A DNA stretch of 64,000 nt, taken from NCBI GenBank assembly GCA_016188425.1, contig JACPHX010000002.1, positions 2,373-66,372 of the forward strand. Reading direction: 5' to 3'. Made by a program: the position numbers and the translations under genes. The notes under the pieces are model-generated. The model was not told the DNA's origin. It was given only the letters and a program-made list of their open reading frames with translations, and searched no databases. Below are positions 62,833 to 64,000 of this stretch, one piece after another. The DNA comes from Candidatus Uhrbacteria bacterium. Its GTDB lineage: Bacteria > Patescibacteriota > Patescibacteriia > UBA9934 > GWF2-40-263. How positions within the stretch are numbered: the first letter of the stretch is position 1; each line of letters begins with the position of its first letter.

Positions 62833-64000
62833 ATGCACCTATCGGGCCTCACCATCCAAGGGTTTAAGACGTTTGCCAAGAAAACAACCCTTCCTTTTTC
62901 TCCGCCGAAAATCGGGCATATCCCGGTCACAGGCGTCGTTGGACCAAACGGGTCTGGGAAATCAAACGTTGCCGACGCGATTCGGTGGGTGTTAGGAGAG
63001 CAAAGTTTAAAGCTGTTGCGTGGCAAAAAATCAGAAGATGTCATCTTCTCTGGCTCTGAAGGCCGTGGAAAGAGCGGCTTTGCAGAGGTTTCTTTGACGC
63101 TTGATAACGCGGACCGCGCGATCGACCTCGATGCCGCCGAAATCACCATCACCCGCCGTCTCTATCGAAGCGGTGAAGGCGAGTACCTCGTGAACCAACA
63201 ACCCGCCCGCCTTCTGGACCTCCTCCAATGGCTCGCCCAGGCCAATGTCGGCCAAAAATCGTACTCCGTCATCGGCCAAGGGATGATCGACCACGTCCTC
63301 ATCGCTTCCCCAGAAGAGCGGAAGACGTTTTTTGATGACGCCACCGGTGTCCGCCCTCTCCAGCTGAAACGTCACGAAGCAATGCTCAAGCTCATCCGCA
63401 GCTGCGAGCATCTCTCGGAAATCCAACGTATCCTCCAAGAAATCGAACCGCGCGTCCGCTCGCTCAAGCGCCAGGTCGCACGGCTGGAGGAACGCGAAGC
63501 TGTAGAACGCCAGCTCCTGGCTCTCGAAGGTCGTTTTTATGGCTCCCAGTGGTGGAGCATTCAAGACGATCTCAAGGAGCTTCAAGGAAAAGAAGCACCG
63601 ATTAAGACGGCTTTGGAAGAAAAGAAGGTAAAACGGAAGGCACTGGAAGAAAAGTTCGCAGCACTCGCGTCTGATGGTCCGTCTCAAGACACGACAGCCG
63701 ACCAAGGACTCGCCGCGCTCCAGTCGGAACAGACGAGATTGCAAAAAGAAATCTCGCGATTGAGGGAGGAACAATTCCAGGCGGAGAAAACCCTCGAGAT
63801 CAAGAAAATCCAATCGCAATCAAGTTGGTCTCCCCTTCCGCTTGATTCGATCACGCGAGAGTTGGGATCGATTACGACGGAACAGACGGCGCTTCTCATT
63901 GAATTAAAAGCGGCGACCACGACCGAGACGATCCAGTCGCTTCTTCCAAGAATCGAACGTCTCTTCGGCCAAAGCGGCGCCCTCCTCAAACGTCTCCAAC
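62833..64000 (+). CDS. smc: Chromosome partition protein SMC, N-terminal part (continues past the window end)
   Basis: Walker A GPNGSGKSN, then coiled coil. The frame stays open to position 64000. Confidence 0.85.
   Translation, partial: MHLSGLTIQGFKTFAKKTTLPFSPPKIGHIPVTGVVGPNGSGKSNVADAIRWVLGEQSLKLLRGKKSEDVIFSGSEGRGKSGFAEVSLTLDNADRAIDLDAAEITITRRLYRSGEGEYLVNQQPARLLDLLQWLAQANVGQKSYSVIGQGMIDHVLIASPEERKTFFDDATGVRPLQLKRHEAMLKLIRSCEHLSEIQRILQEIEPRVRSLKRQVARLEEREAVERQLLALEGRFYGSQWWSIQDDLKELQGKEAPIKTALEEKKVKRKALEEKFAALASDGPSQDTTADQGLAALQSEQTRLQKEISRLREEQFQAEKTLEIKKIQSQSSWSPLPLDSITRELGSITTEQTALLIELKAATTTETIQSLLPRIERLFGQSGALLKRLQ

Noticed and set aside
1-64000. CRISPR arrays, rRNA genes, IS elements, transposases, integrases
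   Set aside because: No regularly spaced direct repeats with unique spacers and no rRNA-like sequences were seen. No ORF has a DDE or tyrosine/serine recombinase signature. The islands appear to be integrase-less remnants.

Overview
This is a 64 kb bacterial window with roughly 58-60% GC and dense coding, mostly on the minus strand. Overall assessment (inference): a reduced-genome, Candidate-Phyla-Radiation/Patescibacteria-like bacterium. Evidence for that is the gene content together with beta-strand-repeat giant proteins, tails added to housekeeping proteins, and apparently split genes.

The backbone is housekeeping genes: murA, ndk, leuS, gdh, trxB-trxA, infB, truB, rny, hup, proS, xth, rnc, nusB, rpmF, gyrA, rpsA, ftsH, pilB/gspE-like ATPase, tsaE, tsaD, arfB, nspC, clpP, nrnA, and the 5' end of smc. 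There are five tRNAs: Pro-GGG, Arg-TCG, Lys-CTT, Glu-TTC.

Accessory content is richer than the backbone suggests:
- Lead candidate for a novel system: a 2.06 kb low-GC island inserted at the 3' end of tRNA-Lys. It is bounded by a 9-bp direct repeat (GTGCACCAG) and carries a translationally coupled 3-gene operon ending in a 213-aa protein with a caspase/DJ-1-like HG...C motif.
- A RelA/SpoT-homologue (small-alarmone-synthetase-like) 405-aa protein sits next to tRNA-Pro.
- There are three toxin-antitoxin pairs: HEPN/MNT and two RelE/ParE pairs, one with an anomalous antitoxin overlap.
- A tight minus-strand surface operon encodes two membrane-anchored cohesin-like proteins, an FN3/poly-Gly/dockerin protein, and a giant beta-strand-repeat protein. 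The giant gene is interrupted by a 5-nt slipped-strand deletion.

Several short repeat families recur:
- a 26-40 nt perfect palindrome (TGGCCAAGGGGCATGCCCCTTGGCCA), three copies, two of them in-frame inside leuS and the truB tail;
- phased CCGTAA arrays abutting the start codons of trxA and rnc;
- a CTGCGCCCCTTGCGCC motif;
- a C-rich element;
- a hairpin motif upstream of leuS and gdh;
- inverted-repeat elements between tRNA-Arg and tRNA-Lys.

There is also a cloverleaf-like structured leader upstream of a VanW-family gene, and twin consensus sigma70 promoters.

No CRISPR array, rRNA, transposase or integrase was found.

ORF-track coordinates on the minus strand include the stop codon at the low end. 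Several starts were re-placed on internal ATGs where the track's N-terminal extensions were implausible.
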